DNA of 64,000 bases from IMG/VR virus record IMGVR_UViG_3300033158_000302, one strand, 5' to 3'. This DNA is from an uncultured virus (IMG/VR IMGVR_UViG_3300033158_000302) (lineage: Duplodnaviria > Heunggongvirae > Uroviricota > Caudoviricetes). Position numbers and translations under genes: made by a program. Below, piece by piece: positions 1 to 9,900 of this stretch; the first letter of the stretch is position 1; every line of letters begins with the position of its first letter. A model generated the notes under the pieces. It was not told where the DNA came from. It worked only from the letters and a program-made list of their open reading frames with translations, and ran no database searches.

Positions 1-567
1 ATGACCGCCACCAGCGTGCCGGGCGCCGCGTTCGCCGCCCTCGCCCGTGACACGATCACCAAGCACACCACCTGGGACGCCCCTGCCCGGTTCCGCATCC
101 TGCACTGGGACGGGCATGAACTGCACACCAGCAGCGAACTGATCATCCCGCAAACCGTCCACCCCGACGAGTATCCCGGCCGCATGTTCACCGCCGCCGC
201 AGAGGCGATCGTTGGCCGCTCCCACGGCCTGCCCGACGGGTACCTGCTGGAAGCGGAGTTCTTCGGCGTCCCCGACCTGGACGAATCCGCGACCCCCGCA
301 CAGCGCGCCCAGCATCAACTCGACCGGCTGGCCCGCTCATTTCACCGCCGCCCCGACCGGATCGAACTCGCCAACGCCTGGGCCGTCGACCGGACCGGGC
401 AGCTATGGTCGGCCGGCAAACGCCGCGACCAGCCCGGCCACCTCGAAGAACACACCTACGCTCCCGACGACCCCCGGATGCCTGGCGGCCAGTTCATCGC
501 CGCGCTCCGGTCCCTCGCTGGCGCCACCGGCATGATCGCGGCAGGCACCACCCCCCGGCCGGTGTAG
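1..567 (+). CDS. Hypothetical phage protein
   Basis: 188-aa ORF with high GC3 codon bias. Confidence 0.7.
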   Translation: MTATSVPGAAFAALARDTITKHTTWDAPARFRILHWDGHELHTSSELIIPQTVHPDEYPGRMFTAAAEAIVGRSHGLPDGYLLEAEFFGVPDLDESATPAQRAQHQLDRLARSFHRRPDRIELANAWAVDRTGQLWSAGKRRDQPGHLEEHTYAPDDPRMPGGQFIAALRSLAGATGMIAAGTTPRPV

Positions 568-807
568 ACGTGGACTGGCTCGACCACAACGGCAACATCA
601 TGACCGGCCCATACTCAGACGAGCCAACGGGATGGGAAAAATACGCGGATCTAACCCACCGGCTGATGCGGCCCCAGCCGGGCCAGCTCATCCAGGCGAT
701 TTCCTGGTGCGGCCACCGGGTACACGAGGTGCCCGGCCACGGCCCGATCAACTGTCCCGAATGCCTGGCACGGATCGCGGAAGAAAATGCACGGGAAGGC
801 AACCGTC

Positions 808-924
808 ATGACTGAACCGCACATCGCCGTCACCGACGGCCCCGACGGCCCCATCGTCCAGACCACAGGCGGCAGCCTCTTCGAACTGGTCGAAGCCATC
901 TTCGAACCGGAGCCGGAAGCGTGA
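808..924 (+). CDS. Small hypothetical protein (MTEPHIAVTDGPDG...)
   Basis: GGAAGG RBS upstream; stop overlaps next start (GTGA); read manually, below ORF-track cutoff. Confidence 0.5.
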   Translation: MTEPHIAVTDGPDGPIVQTTGGSLFELVEAIFEPEPEA

Positions 925-1304
925 GCATCCTGGACGAGCACCCGGCGCTGGAAATGCTCCAGATCGCTGTGCCGCTGTGGATCATCGACATGCGGTCCTG
1001 GACCGAAGAGGCCCGGATAGCCCGCGCCCGCCTGGCCGGCCAGCACATCGCCTGCCACGGCGACGACCTCATGTACGCCTCGAAAGATGGCCGGTCCGCG
1101 GAAGCATTCAACCAGCTCGCCGCGGGGCTCGCCGCCGCCGCCTACGCCCCCGGCGGCGTGGTCTTCGCTGGCATGCACTTTTGCGCGAACCATGCCGTAT
1201 GCACCGGCGCCGCTCCCGAATCGCCGAAACAAGCCCGGCCGGCGAAAAAGACCCGGAAAGTCAGGAACCTGGCGCTGCCCGCCATGCCGGATGAGGAACC
1301 CTGA
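921..1304 (+). CDS. Hypothetical phage protein
   Basis: Coupled start/stop overlaps, codon bias. Confidence 0.7.
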   Translation: MSILDEHPALEMLQIAVPLWIIDMRSWTEEARIARARLAGQHIACHGDDLMYASKDGRSAEAFNQLAAGLAAAAYAPGGVVFAGMHFCANHAVCTGAAPESPKQARPAKKTRKVRNLALPAMPDEEP

Positions 1305-1756
1305 TGCGGCGGACCACCCTGCCAGCCGGTGTCCGTGAGCAAACCTGCTCCCGTTGCGGCCTGCCGGTATGGCGTGCCCGCACCGACCCGCGCTCGGCGG
1401 CCCGCGCCCGCTGGCGCAACCCCATCATCCTGCTCGCACCCCACCCGGATGAAGGCGGCAACATCACCCTCAACCGGGACGGGCTGGCCGTGTTCACCGG
1501 CCGGTTCCCCGGCGAATACGCCCGCCACCACTGCCCCGCCACCGTCAGCACCTGCAAATACTGTGACGAGCCGGTCCGGGTCCTCGCCCAGCCACCCGGC
1601 GCGACCGAAACCCTCGCCGTCGTCGACGCCGACCCCGACCCGGGCGGGCTGGTCGCCGTCAACCCGGCCGGGTATGCGCTTTTCGACCCGGGCCACACCA
1701 TCGACGGCGCCCGCTACCGCTGGCACACCAGCCACGAAAGGACCGGCGATGCCTGA
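1304..1756 (+). CDS. Hypothetical Zn-ribbon protein with two internal repeats (CSRC...HC / CKYC...H)
   Basis: CxxC motifs; TGATG coupling. Confidence 0.65.
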   Translation: MRRTTLPAGVREQTCSRCGLPVWRARTDPRSAARARWRNPIILLAPHPDEGGNITLNRDGLAVFTGRFPGEYARHHCPATVSTCKYCDEPVRVLAQPPGATETLAVVDADPDPGGLVAVNPAGYALFDPGHTIDGARYRWHTSHERTGDA

Positions 1757-2123
1757 AGACCCCCGGCTGACCGCTGCGCTACGCAACGCCGCCGAAAACA
1801 GCGAACGCCTCGACACCGGCCTCGCCGTCATCAACGGCCGCCTCGATGAGATCAGCGGGAAGCTGGCCGGCATCGAACAGCACCTGGCCACCGAGACAGC
1901 ACCCGGCCCTGTGCGGCTCCTGCGGCTGCAGGACCGGATCGCCGCTGCCCTGGACATCGCCAGCGCCGCCGCGTCCACCGACGGCGGCCACCACAAGCAG
2001 TGGCTGATCGACCAGATAGTGCGGGCACTGACCGGCTCGGGCCGCGACAGCGGAGAAACCGCCGCATACGCTGCGTTCACTGCAGCCAGCCCCGACGACT
2101 GGGACATCGGCGTCATCCCCTGA
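1749..2123 (+). CDS. Hypothetical phage protein (DGGHHKQWLIDQ motif)
   Basis: AAAGGA RBS, ATG at 1749, codon bias. Confidence 0.65.
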   Translation: MPEDPRLTAALRNAAENSERLDTGLAVINGRLDEISGKLAGIEQHLATETAPGPVRLLRLQDRIAAALDIASAAASTDGGHHKQWLIDQIVRALTGSGRDSGETAAYAAFTAASPDDWDIGVIP

Positions 2124-2159
2124 ACCGCACCACCAAACCCTGAAGGAGACCCAGCTCAG

Positions 2160-2576
2160 ATGACCACCACGAAAATGGCCGCCGCCCTGCCCAAAGGTGA
2201 CGGGAACGGCCTGAACGCGATCGCGCACCGGCTGCTCGCCGACCAGCTCACCCCCACCGCCGGGCAAGACGGACGGCCCCACCTGTACGCCGTCATCGCC
2301 CTCGTCGACTCCGGCGGTGTCGCCACCAAACCCGATGCGGAATGGACCGTCACCGCCCGGGTCCGCCGGGTAGAGGTGGTGCTGCCCGCCGACTGCCCCA
2401 CCGCGGAAAAACTGCTCCGCCGCGCGCTGGAAAACCGCACGGGCCTGGAAACCCTGCCTCTCGAACTGGAAGACGAACTCAACGCCGCGTTCGACAACAT
2501 CGACCTGACCACCGGGGAACTACGCCACCCCCCCGAGCAACCCCCAGCGAACCCCTCTGAACCCCCCGCCGAATGA
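2160..2576 (+). CDS. Hypothetical actinophage protein
   Basis: AAGGAG RBS; codon bias. Confidence 0.7.
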   Translation: MTTTKMAAALPKGDGNGLNAIAHRLLADQLTPTAGQDGRPHLYAVIALVDSGGVATKPDAEWTVTARVRRVEVVLPADCPTAEKLLRRALENRTGLETLPLELEDELNAAFDNIDLTTGELRHPPEQPPANPSEPPAE

Positions 2577-2587
2577 GGACCTAGCCG

Positions 2588-2908
2588 ATGCGCCGTGTCC
2601 CAGACATTACTTCCGAACAAGAGAACCGGCGGCTCGTGCCCCTCGCCGGGTTTCCCGGCTCCAGCGTGTTCACCTCCCGCGCCGACCCAATCGAGCCGGT
2701 CCCCGTCGGCACCTACGTCGCGATGGTATTCCGGGTCACCGGATACGACCCGGACTGTGACGGGTCCCTGATGGCACGCCTCGAAAACGTCGACGCCGAC
2801 GGGGACACCACCGGCTGGGAACCGGACCACCTCGGCCTGCATCACACCTGCACGTGGATCGTGGCCGGCCCCGCCGCCCTCGACGACGAAAGGGCAACCG
2901 CGCCATGA
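2588..2908 (+). CDS. Hypothetical protein
   Basis: GAGGA RBS; codon bias. Confidence 0.6.
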   Translation: MRRVPDITSEQENRRLVPLAGFPGSSVFTSRADPIEPVPVGTYVAMVFRVTGYDPDCDGSLMARLENVDADGDTTGWEPDHLGLHHTCTWIVAGPAALDDERATAP

Positions 2909-2944
2909 ACCCGCCCTGCTGCATGAGAAAGGAGATACCCCCCG

Positions 2945-3118
2945 ATGACGATGTGGCGCGACTGGTACAGCGACGCCGACCGCGACCGGATCAACGCCAA
3001 CCGGGCCGCCGACCTCGCCGAAGCCGACCAGGCCCACGCCGCCTACGCCGCCCGCCAGGCAGAGTTCGACACTGTCGTCGACGGCCTGGACCTGGAACCA
3101 CCCGAAGCCGGAGCATAA
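2945..3118 (+). CDS. Small hypothetical protein (MTMWRDWYSDAD...)
   Basis: AAAGGAG RBS; 57-aa ORF read manually. Confidence 0.6.
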   Translation: MTMWRDWYSDADRDRINANRAADLAEADQAHAAYAARQAEFDTVVDGLDLEPPEAGA

Positions 3119-3120
3119 CG

Positions 3121-3729
3121 ATGAACGCGCCTGCCCTGCTGCACACCGACCGGACCGAATGCACGCACACCGGCCGCCCGCAAGCCGAACCCGAAGACCC
3201 CGGCGGGCCGCTATGCCCCGCCGGGGTCCCGATCGGCTGGCTGCGTTACAACAGCGAACTGATCCCCATCGGCACCGCCTGGACATCGATAGGATCAGCG
3301 TCCCGTGCACTGTTCGGCATGATCAGCAGCTCCACCGTGTCCGCGTACGCGCGGATGTGCGCGCGGCTCGCCCCCGACCCTGCCATTCAGGCCCTCGCCG
3401 CCGCCGCTGAGGTCATCGAAGCTGCCCGCGCCGCCGAGGCCGCCGGGCAGCCACTGCCCTGGCCTGCCGTCACCCAGCCCGAACCCGAACCCGCCCCCGG
3501 CGAGGTGTGGATCATGCTGGTACAGGACCGGCACGGCGGCCCCGACGTCATCCCCTACGCCGACGGGGACACCGCCCTCACCGAAGCCCGCAACCGGGCC
3601 GGCCACGACGGTGTCACCCCCGAGGAAATGACCGACCGGATGCGCGCCGACGGCTGGGCACTGTCCCTGCCGATCAGCGAGGAAGGCGACTGGATCCGGG
3701 TCATCCGCCGCACCATCCGCACCCCCTGA
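3121..3729 (+). CDS. Hypothetical protein
   Basis: ATG directly after previous stop; codon bias. Confidence 0.65.
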   Translation: MNAPALLHTDRTECTHTGRPQAEPEDPGGPLCPAGVPIGWLRYNSELIPIGTAWTSIGSASRALFGMISSSTVSAYARMCARLAPDPAIQALAAAAEVIEAARAAEAAGQPLPWPAVTQPEPEPAPGEVWIMLVQDRHGGPDVIPYADGDTALTEARNRAGHDGVTPEEMTDRMRADGWALSLPISEEGDWIRVIRRTIRTP

Positions 3730-3739
3730 CAGGAACCCT

Positions 3740-4069
3740 GTGATGCTGGACGTCGCCGCCGCGCTGGAAGCCGAAGGACTGACCGGCGCCGTCATCACCG
3801 CGGTCACCAGCAACCTGGACATGACCGTGACCGGCATGCAAAACCGGATCAACGTCGCCGCGGTCGCCATGACCACCGTCGGGGTCCCCGGCCCGGTGCA
3901 ATCCCGGGTGATCATGCGGGCGTTCAACGTGGGAATCGGCGGAGGCGGCGGCGCAGGCGGCGGCGGCCCCGTGCGACGAGCATGCCCCTGGTGCGGCGGG
4001 ACCGGTTCGCACGGCGGCTGGTGCCCCGGCCCCTACCTGACCACCTGGCCGCCCGGGCCAGGCCCATGA
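3740..4069 (+). CDS. Hypothetical protein with C-terminal Gly run and CPWC
   Basis: ORF with AGGAA RBS. Confidence 0.55.
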   Translation: MMLDVAAALEAEGLTGAVITAVTSNLDMTVTGMQNRINVAAVAMTTVGVPGPVQSRVIMRAFNVGIGGGGGAGGGGPVRRACPWCGGTGSHGGWCPGPYLTTWPPGPGP

Positions 4070-4090
4070 CCGGGAAGGCGGGCCACCATT

Positions 4091-4864
4091 GTGATCACAC
4101 CCTACTACCAGGATGAACACGTACAGTTGTATGTCGGTGACTGCCGGGAACTTGTGCCTGCGCTCGGTGTCACCGCCGACTGCATCGTCACCGACCCGCC
4201 GTACGAAGCCACCAGCCTCAAATGGGACCGCTGGCCCGACGGATGGCTGGACATCGCCGCCGCCGCCACCCGGTCCATGTGGTGTTTCCTGCCGCTCCGC
4301 CAATTCGCCACCCCACCCTACCGCGGCATCGAATTCCACCAGGCAGGCTGGCGGCTCTCACAAGACATCGAAGCCGACCACGCCGTGTGGGAAAAACACA
4401 ACGGATCCGGCCTGCACGCCGACCGGTTCAAACGAGTCCACGAAATCGCCGCCCACTGGTACCGGGGCGACTGGGGCAGCATCTACCACGACGTGCCCAC
4501 CATCCCCGACGCAACCGCCCGCGCCGTCCGCCGCAAAGGACGCCCCCCGCACCTCGGCCACATCGGCGACGGCACCTACGTCAGCGACGACGGCGGACCC
4601 CGCCTCATGCGCTCGGTCCTGCACGTCCGCTCTATGCACGGCCGCGCCATCCACGAAACCGAAAAACCACCCGGCGTCCTCGAACCCATGATCACCTACG
4701 CCTGCCCGCCTGGCGGCCTGGTCATCGACCTGTTCGCCGGAAGCTGCGCCACCCTGGACGTAGCCCGGCAAACCGGCCGCCGCGCCATCGGCTTCGAACT
4801 ACGCGAAGCATGCGCGGAACGCGGCGCCAAACGCTTCGACCAAGGCGTACTGGACTGGCCCTGA
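4091..4864 (+). CDS. DNA N6-adenine/N4-cytosine methyltransferase (beta class)
   Basis: VTDPPY catalytic motif before HETEKP and DLFAGS SAM-binding motif. Confidence 0.9.
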   Translation: MITPYYQDEHVQLYVGDCRELVPALGVTADCIVTDPPYEATSLKWDRWPDGWLDIAAAATRSMWCFLPLRQFATPPYRGIEFHQAGWRLSQDIEADHAVWEKHNGSGLHADRFKRVHEIAAHWYRGDWGSIYHDVPTIPDATARAVRRKGRPPHLGHIGDGTYVSDDGGPRLMRSVLHVRSMHGRAIHETEKPPGVLEPMITYACPPGGLVIDLFAGSCATLDVARQTGRRAIGFELREACAERGAKRFDQGVLDWP

Positions 4865-4959
4865 CCAGCCCCGTCTGAACTGTGACCATTACCCGGAGCT
4901 AGCCTGATGACCGGCGCCGCCCGACAACCCCATGCGCCAAACCCGGAAACCGGCACCCC

Positions 4960-5589
4960 ATGAACCAGCCAGGCCGCTACTGCGAAGAACACCACCGCTA
5001 CGAGTGCACCAAGCGGCGGAAACGTGGCGGAGACTGCCACGGTTCCGCACTGCGCGGCCTTGACGCTTGCAGACTCCATGCCGGCAAAACCAGTGAAGAC
5101 GCCCGCCGGGACGGGCAAATCAACCTGGCCCGGCTGTACGGCACCGCCCTGGACGTCACCCCCATCGAAGCCCTCCTCGATCAGGTCCGCTGGTCCGCCG
5201 GGCATGTCGCCGCGCTCCGCCAGCTCCTGAACGTGATCGCCGACGGCGCCACCACCGACCCGCCCGCAGAATCCCTGTGGTGGGGGACCTCCCGCACCGT
5301 CACCCTGGCCGGCGGCGGGATAGAAACCACCGAGATCGCTGCCCCGCACATCATCCTGACCGCGTATGACAAGGAACGGGACCGCCTCGCCCGGCTGTGC
5401 CAGGCCGCGGTCGCCGCCGGAGCCCAGCAGCAAATGGTCGACCAGGCCCGCCGGATGGGCCAAATCTTCTCCCGCCTGCTCGACCTGCTGCTGCCCCGGC
5501 TGCAGCTCGCCCCGTGGCAGTTTGACCTGCTGCCTGAGGTGCTGCCGGAGGTGCTGCGGGAACTACCCGACGACGACACCACCGGCTGA
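4960..5589 (+). CDS. Putative terminase small subunit (HGGxSTG-like Zn finger plus helical domain)
   Basis: C-x9-C...CRLHAG motif, P.EALL..V..SAG and ERDRLAR segments typical of actinophage TerS-like proteins. Confidence 0.5.
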   Translation: MNQPGRYCEEHHRYECTKRRKRGGDCHGSALRGLDACRLHAGKTSEDARRDGQINLARLYGTALDVTPIEALLDQVRWSAGHVAALRQLLNVIADGATTDPPAESLWWGTSRTVTLAGGGIETTEIAAPHIILTAYDKERDRLARLCQAAVAAGAQQQMVDQARRMGQIFSRLLDLLLPRLQLAPWQFDLLPEVLPEVLRELPDDDTTG

Positions 5590-5722
5590 CCCAGACCGGG
5601 GCTACCGTCCCGGGCCGGCGCGTAGTTCACTTGGGTGACAGGTTCATTTCATGCACGGGACGCGCCCCCGTCGTTAAAGGCCCCGGACCCTGGCCTGAGC
5701 CCCCTGGGGAGACAGATCAACT

Positions 5723-6589
5723 GTGCCCACTGACGATCTGACGGATTTGTGCATTTCTGTCCGTGACCTGCTGCCCCGGCTGCGGGGCCTGCTGAGCGAA
5801 CCGGTCACCAGCAGCCCCGCTTACGCTTCCCGCGCGTCCGGGCCACCGCATTCGCGGGAACCGTGGAACACCTCCGCCGGCGCGACCTACATGACGATCT
5901 GGGAAGGCGCACCGCGGCTGGAAGCGTCCCTGCTGCAAGCAGTCACCGGGCGGCTCGGGCAACGCCGCGGCAGCTCACCCGGCAACGTCCGTGCCGCGCT
6001 CGCCCGCATCCCGAAACTGGCCGCCGCCTTGTCCCGCGGCGAGGCGGAACGGGCCGCGTGGATCGTGTCCGGCTGGGTAAACATCGCCAACTGTGTCGAC
6101 GGCATCGGTGAACCCCGGCACCGGTGGCGGTGGCTGCCCCGGGACGGCGGCGGCATGCCCCCGCAATGCCCCTACTGCGGCTGCTATCAGCTCAAAGCCG
6201 ACACAGACGCCGGAATTGTCACCTGTTTCGTGCAAGACTGCCAGGACAGCAACAATCATCACCCGGTTGCTGCGCTCACCACCGACCCGCATGGCGTACC
6301 CTGCCTGAGCTGGGCAGATGGCCGCACCCAGGTCATGCCGTCAATGAGAGGAACCTTAACCCCGAAGGAGACCGGAGCAGATGATCCGCGCCCTGCTAAC
6401 CCGCCTGACCCGCCTGCTAACCCGCCACCGGGCGGCCACCGCCAGCCCCGAGCCCGCACCGCCGCCACAGGACGGGGACGCGCTGCTGCGCGCGGTCCGC
6501 GCCTACACCGCAGCGGTGGCCGCCGGCGACATCGAACCCTACCCGCCCGCCCGGCGCACACCGGCACCGCCCTACGGGCGGTTCACTGA
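5723..6589 (+). CDS. Putative late-gene regulator with Zn ribbon (CPYC...C...C); true C-terminus uncertain
   Basis: SREPWN, RRGSS..N..AAL..I and CPYCG motifs; ORF overlaps next gene by about 200 nt. Confidence 0.5.
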   Translation: MPTDDLTDLCISVRDLLPRLRGLLSEPVTSSPAYASRASGPPHSREPWNTSAGATYMTIWEGAPRLEASLLQAVTGRLGQRRGSSPGNVRAALARIPKLAAALSRGEAERAAWIVSGWVNIANCVDGIGEPRHRWRWLPRDGGGMPPQCPYCGCYQLKADTDAGIVTCFVQDCQDSNNHHPVAALTTDPHGVPCLSWADGRTQVMPSMRGTLTPKETGADDPRPANPPDPPANPPPGGHRQPRARTAATGRGRAAARGPRLHRSGGRRRHRTLPARPAHTGTALRAVH

Positions 6590-6734
6590 CCCCGGTCCGG
6601 CCCCCGGCACCGACACGGACGCTGCCGAGGCGCTGGCCGCCTCCACCGCCCTGCTCGGCCAGCGGCAGCCACCCCCCGGCAAATGCCGCACCCACGGGAC
6701 CGAACGGTGCCGGATCTGCTGGGGCACCTCGTGA
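6381..6734 (+). CDS. Hypothetical protein, C-terminal CxxH...CxxC
   Basis: GGAG RBS; coupled to next gene. Confidence 0.55.
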   Translation: MIRALLTRLTRLLTRHRAATASPEPAPPPQDGDALLRAVRAYTAAVAAGDIEPYPPARRTPAPPYGRFTDPGPAPGTDTDAAEALAASTALLGQRQPPPGKCRTHGTERCRICWGTS

Positions 6735-6964
6735 CCGGCCCCACCCAGGTCTGCCACGACCCGGGCTCACCCGTCGCCGCCTACTGTGCCCCCGGCCTGG
6801 CCGGCTACGCCACTCGTCTCCTCGACACCAGCGGAGAAACTTACCGCGAAGTCATTGAGGACCCCTGGATGACTGGCCGCACCGACGTCATCCTCGCCAC
6901 CGCCCCGCCCGGGGACGGCTGGCCCGCAGGCACCCGCCTCCGCCTCTACCAGGATCCGCGATGA
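6731..6964 (+). CDS. Hypothetical protein
   Basis: GTGA/ATGA overlaps on both sides. Confidence 0.55.
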   Translation: MTGPTQVCHDPGSPVAAYCAPGLAGYATRLLDTSGETYREVIEDPWMTGRTDVILATAPPGDGWPAGTRLRLYQDPR

Positions 6965-7254
6965 CCGGCCCGCCCAGCGCCGCCCAGCGCCGCACCGCCC
7001 TGATAGAACAACACGGCCGGGCACGGGCCGCCAGCCCCGCCGAACACGACCAGGTCCTGTCCGCTTTGGGCCTGAAAGTCAGCCCCCGCGACGTGCTCGT
7101 GTTCTTCTACCGGGACCAGGCCGCCGCCGACGCCTACGCCGAATCCAACCGCACCTGGACCGGTGCAACCAGCCTCGGCACCATCCCCGCCGGGAACGAA
7201 ATCGCCGGGGTCCTGGACTTGCGGTCCCTGCTCCCCCATGACCAGCCCCACTGA
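6961..7254 (+). CDS. Hypothetical protein
   Basis: ATGA overlap; codon bias. Confidence 0.6.
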   Translation: MTGPPSAAQRRTALIEQHGRARAASPAEHDQVLSALGLKVSPRDVLVFFYRDQAAADAYAESNRTWTGATSLGTIPAGNEIAGVLDLRSLLPHDQPH

Positions 7255-7549
7255 CCCCGGCCCCGAGCCGCCGCGGGTCCTGGACGTGCCGCTGCTGCAC
7301 CTGGACTGGCCCCCGGCCGCCCACATCGTGTTCGGCGGCGCCCACCAGACCGAACCGGAAATCGTGTTCGCCCAGCGGGCCGACGCCGAACGGTACGCCA
7401 CCATGGGTGACCTGACGGTCCGCTCGTTCCCGATCGTCCCGGACTGGGAAACCGGCGAAGCCAGCCCCTCTGCCTGGGACGAAATCGACTACACCGCCCA
7501 ATACGCCGCCGAGGCCGCCCGGCTGCGCCGCACCCGGCACGGCCCCTGA
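7238..7549 (+). CDS. Hypothetical protein
   Basis: Codon bias; coupled to next gene. Confidence 0.55.
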   Translation: MTSPTDPGPEPPRVLDVPLLHLDWPPAAHIVFGGAHQTEPEIVFAQRADAERYATMGDLTVRSFPIVPDWETGEASPSAWDEIDYTAQYAAEAARLRRTRHGP

Positions 7550-7758
7550 TGATCACCATCACCGTCGACAGTGACAGCGACGAGGCCGCCGTCCGCGCCG
7601 CCCTCATGTCCGGTGCCCTATCGGATGCGCTCGGCCGCCGTTTCGTGATCCGCCGCGACGGTACCGCCATCGGCGGCGGCGGCATCACCACCGCCATCCA
7701 CTACACCGGAACCGGGCCACCCCCGCCAGCCGGTGGCGGCGGAGGCGGCAGTGACTGA
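7549..7758 (+). CDS. Small hypothetical protein
   Basis: TGATG coupling. Confidence 0.55.
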   Translation: MITITVDSDSDEAAVRAALMSGALSDALGRRFVIRRDGTAIGGGGITTAIHYTGTGPPPPAGGGGGGSD

Positions 7759-8191
7759 CCAATGGGCCGCCGAGCACATACCGCCCGACGGTGACTGGTT
7801 CATCATCGCCGGGCGGACCTGGCTGCGCGCCTACAGCGACGGCCGCTGGTGGATCGAACTGTCCCCCGGCCGGTGGCGGCCCGCCGTCGCCACCATCCCC
7901 CAGCCCGGCACCACCCAGCCGCTGCACTGGGGCACCGCCGCCAGCGGCCCGCACCCTTGCAGCCAATGCCACCTCGACACCGAAATGCCCGGCAACCTGT
8001 GCTGGTACTGCCAGCAGCTCGCCCAGCTCACCCCCACCAAAAGCCCGTTCGCCGCCGACCCCCACCCAGCCCTGCAAGTGTGGGCTGAACTCCGCAACGC
8101 CTTCCAGGCACTGCCCGTCGCCACCCGCGCGATCATACTGACCGCCTGCATGTTCCTGACACTCATCATGGTCACCGGCGCCATCCACTAA
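7751..8191 (+). CDS. Hypothetical protein with CxxC motifs and a C-terminal TM helix
   Basis: GGAGG RBS; hydrophobic C-terminus. Confidence 0.6.
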   Translation: MTDQWAAEHIPPDGDWFIIAGRTWLRAYSDGRWWIELSPGRWRPAVATIPQPGTTQPLHWGTAASGPHPCSQCHLDTEMPGNLCWYCQQLAQLTPTKSPFAADPHPALQVWAELRNAFQALPVATRAIILTACMFLTLIMVTGAIH

Positions 8192-8255
8192 CCCAGCCGG
8201 AACACCTGACACACGGGGAACGCGCCTCCCCCCCAGCCCGGAGGAGACCACGCCC

Positions 8256-8630
8256 ATGTCCCGCGCCATATTCGTCCACGCCGACGGCACCGACTGCCAC
8301 CACCAAGGACCCCCCTCCACCAGCCACCTGGAAAAACCACCCCACTGCCCCGGGCACCGTCCCATCACCGCCGTCCGGCTCAACAACAGCCCGCCCATCC
8401 AGCTCGCCCCGCTGATCACCAGCCTCAAAGCCGCCGCCGCCAACTTCGCCGCCGTCCTATCCGGCTACACCGACGCGATCAACGGCCTGACCAGCCTCGC
8501 CGGCATCCTCCCCCCAGACCTGGCCGCCGCCGCCGCGTTCACCGCCCGCTACAGCGACGACGGCCTCGGCCCTGCCGCTGACCCGTGCGGCGCCGGCCCG
8601 CTGCCCGCCCAGCCAGGCAGCGGACGGTGA
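8256..8630 (+). CDS. Hypothetical protein
   Basis: GGAGGAG RBS. Confidence 0.6.
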   Translation: MSRAIFVHADGTDCHHQGPPSTSHLEKPPHCPGHRPITAVRLNNSPPIQLAPLITSLKAAAANFAAVLSGYTDAINGLTSLAGILPPDLAAAAAFTARYSDDGLGPAADPCGAGPLPAQPGSGR

Positions 8631-8636
8631 CCGCCG

Positions 8637-9080
8637 ATGTGGTGCGACACCTTCGACGCCGACCTGCCCAAACTCGTCCCCGGCGCCCGCAGTGCCCTCG
8701 GCAGCCACGCCGACCTGAAACTCACCACCTACGCCCCCCTCTATGACGGGGCCATCAACCATCCCGCCTGCTGGCCCACCCCAACCGGCCGGTACGTCGC
8801 ATTCTTCTGGACCCGGTACGAACACCACCCGCACCCCGCCTGGTACACCACCGACCCCGAAACCCCCTGCACCCTATGGGAGGCGGTCCGCGACGAATGG
8901 ATCCACCACGCCGACATCACCGTCGACGGGGTCCTCATCTGGCATCCACCCATCCAGATAATGCACGCTCTGATGTGCGACGCCCGCCACGCCCAGCCGC
9001 TCGCCACCCTCGCCCGGGACCGGCTCCGCCGCGCCGTGGCCGCGTCCCTGGCCGTCGCCGCCTCGCTGATCCCCGGCTGA
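8637..9080 (+). CDS. Hypothetical protein
   Basis: Codon bias, Trp-rich. Confidence 0.6.
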   Translation: MWCDTFDADLPKLVPGARSALGSHADLKLTTYAPLYDGAINHPACWPTPTGRYVAFFWTRYEHHPHPAWYTTDPETPCTLWEAVRDEWIHHADITVDGVLIWHPPIQIMHALMCDARHAQPLATLARDRLRRAVAASLAVAASLIPG

Positions 9081-9631
9081 TGGCACACCGGCACGGCACC
9101 CTCATCCACCCCCGGCACCGGCAGCAAATCCTCGCGCTGCTGACCGGCCCGGCCGCCCCGCCACCAGACCTCGTCGACACCATACCGATCCCCGGCGGCC
9201 GGCGCTGCCCGCCGCCACCCTGGTGGCGGTCCCCGCTCACCATCACCGTCCTGGCCGTCACCTGCGCCAGTTCACTGACCGTCAACGTCTGGCAGGCATG
9301 GCTGCTGGCCACCCCGGACCCGGCCGCCACCGCCCTGGTTACGGACACCACACCGAACAAGCAAACAAGCCCGCTACCGGACTACACCATTGCTACCATC
9401 ACCAGCCATGGCCATGCCGTCATGGGCGCGTGCGCTCTACAGCGAATACCTCCGGGTAACCAGCACGCCCCCGGCGCCACCACCACCACCTCAGGCCCGG
9501 CCACCCGCACCCGCCATGACCAACCAGGCCCGCGAACACCGCTACCATGAACCGGGCGGCGGCCAGCCCCCCCGGACCCGGCTGACCGCCGCCCAGCAGC
9601 GGCGGATCCGCCACCACACCCGGCGCCGCCA

Positions 9632-9883
9632 GTGACAAACACGCCACCCGGGCCGCCGCTGCTGTGGACCGTCGACCAGGCCGCGGAATGGTTCGCTGAA
9701 TCCGGGCTGCCCTGGCCCGCCCACCGCATCCGGCTCGCGCTACGCGCCCTGCCCGGACTCCCGCCCGTCGGCCGCACCTCATCCGGTCCCGAGGGCGGCG
9801 TCGGCAAAGCAACTTATCCCGCTGCTGACTTGATGCGCCTTCATGGAGCTGTCGCGCCATGGCTACAGGACTGTCGTACCTAA
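9632..9883 (+). CDS. Helix-turn-helix DNA-binding protein
   Basis: LWTVDQAAEW...Y...DLMRLH pattern of MerR/excisionase-like HTH. Confidence 0.55.
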   Translation: MTNTPPGPPLLWTVDQAAEWFAESGLPWPAHRIRLALRALPGLPPVGRTSSGPEGGVGKATYPAADLMRLHGAVAPWLQDCRT

Positions 9884-9900
9884 CGTGTATGGTTCCCGCT

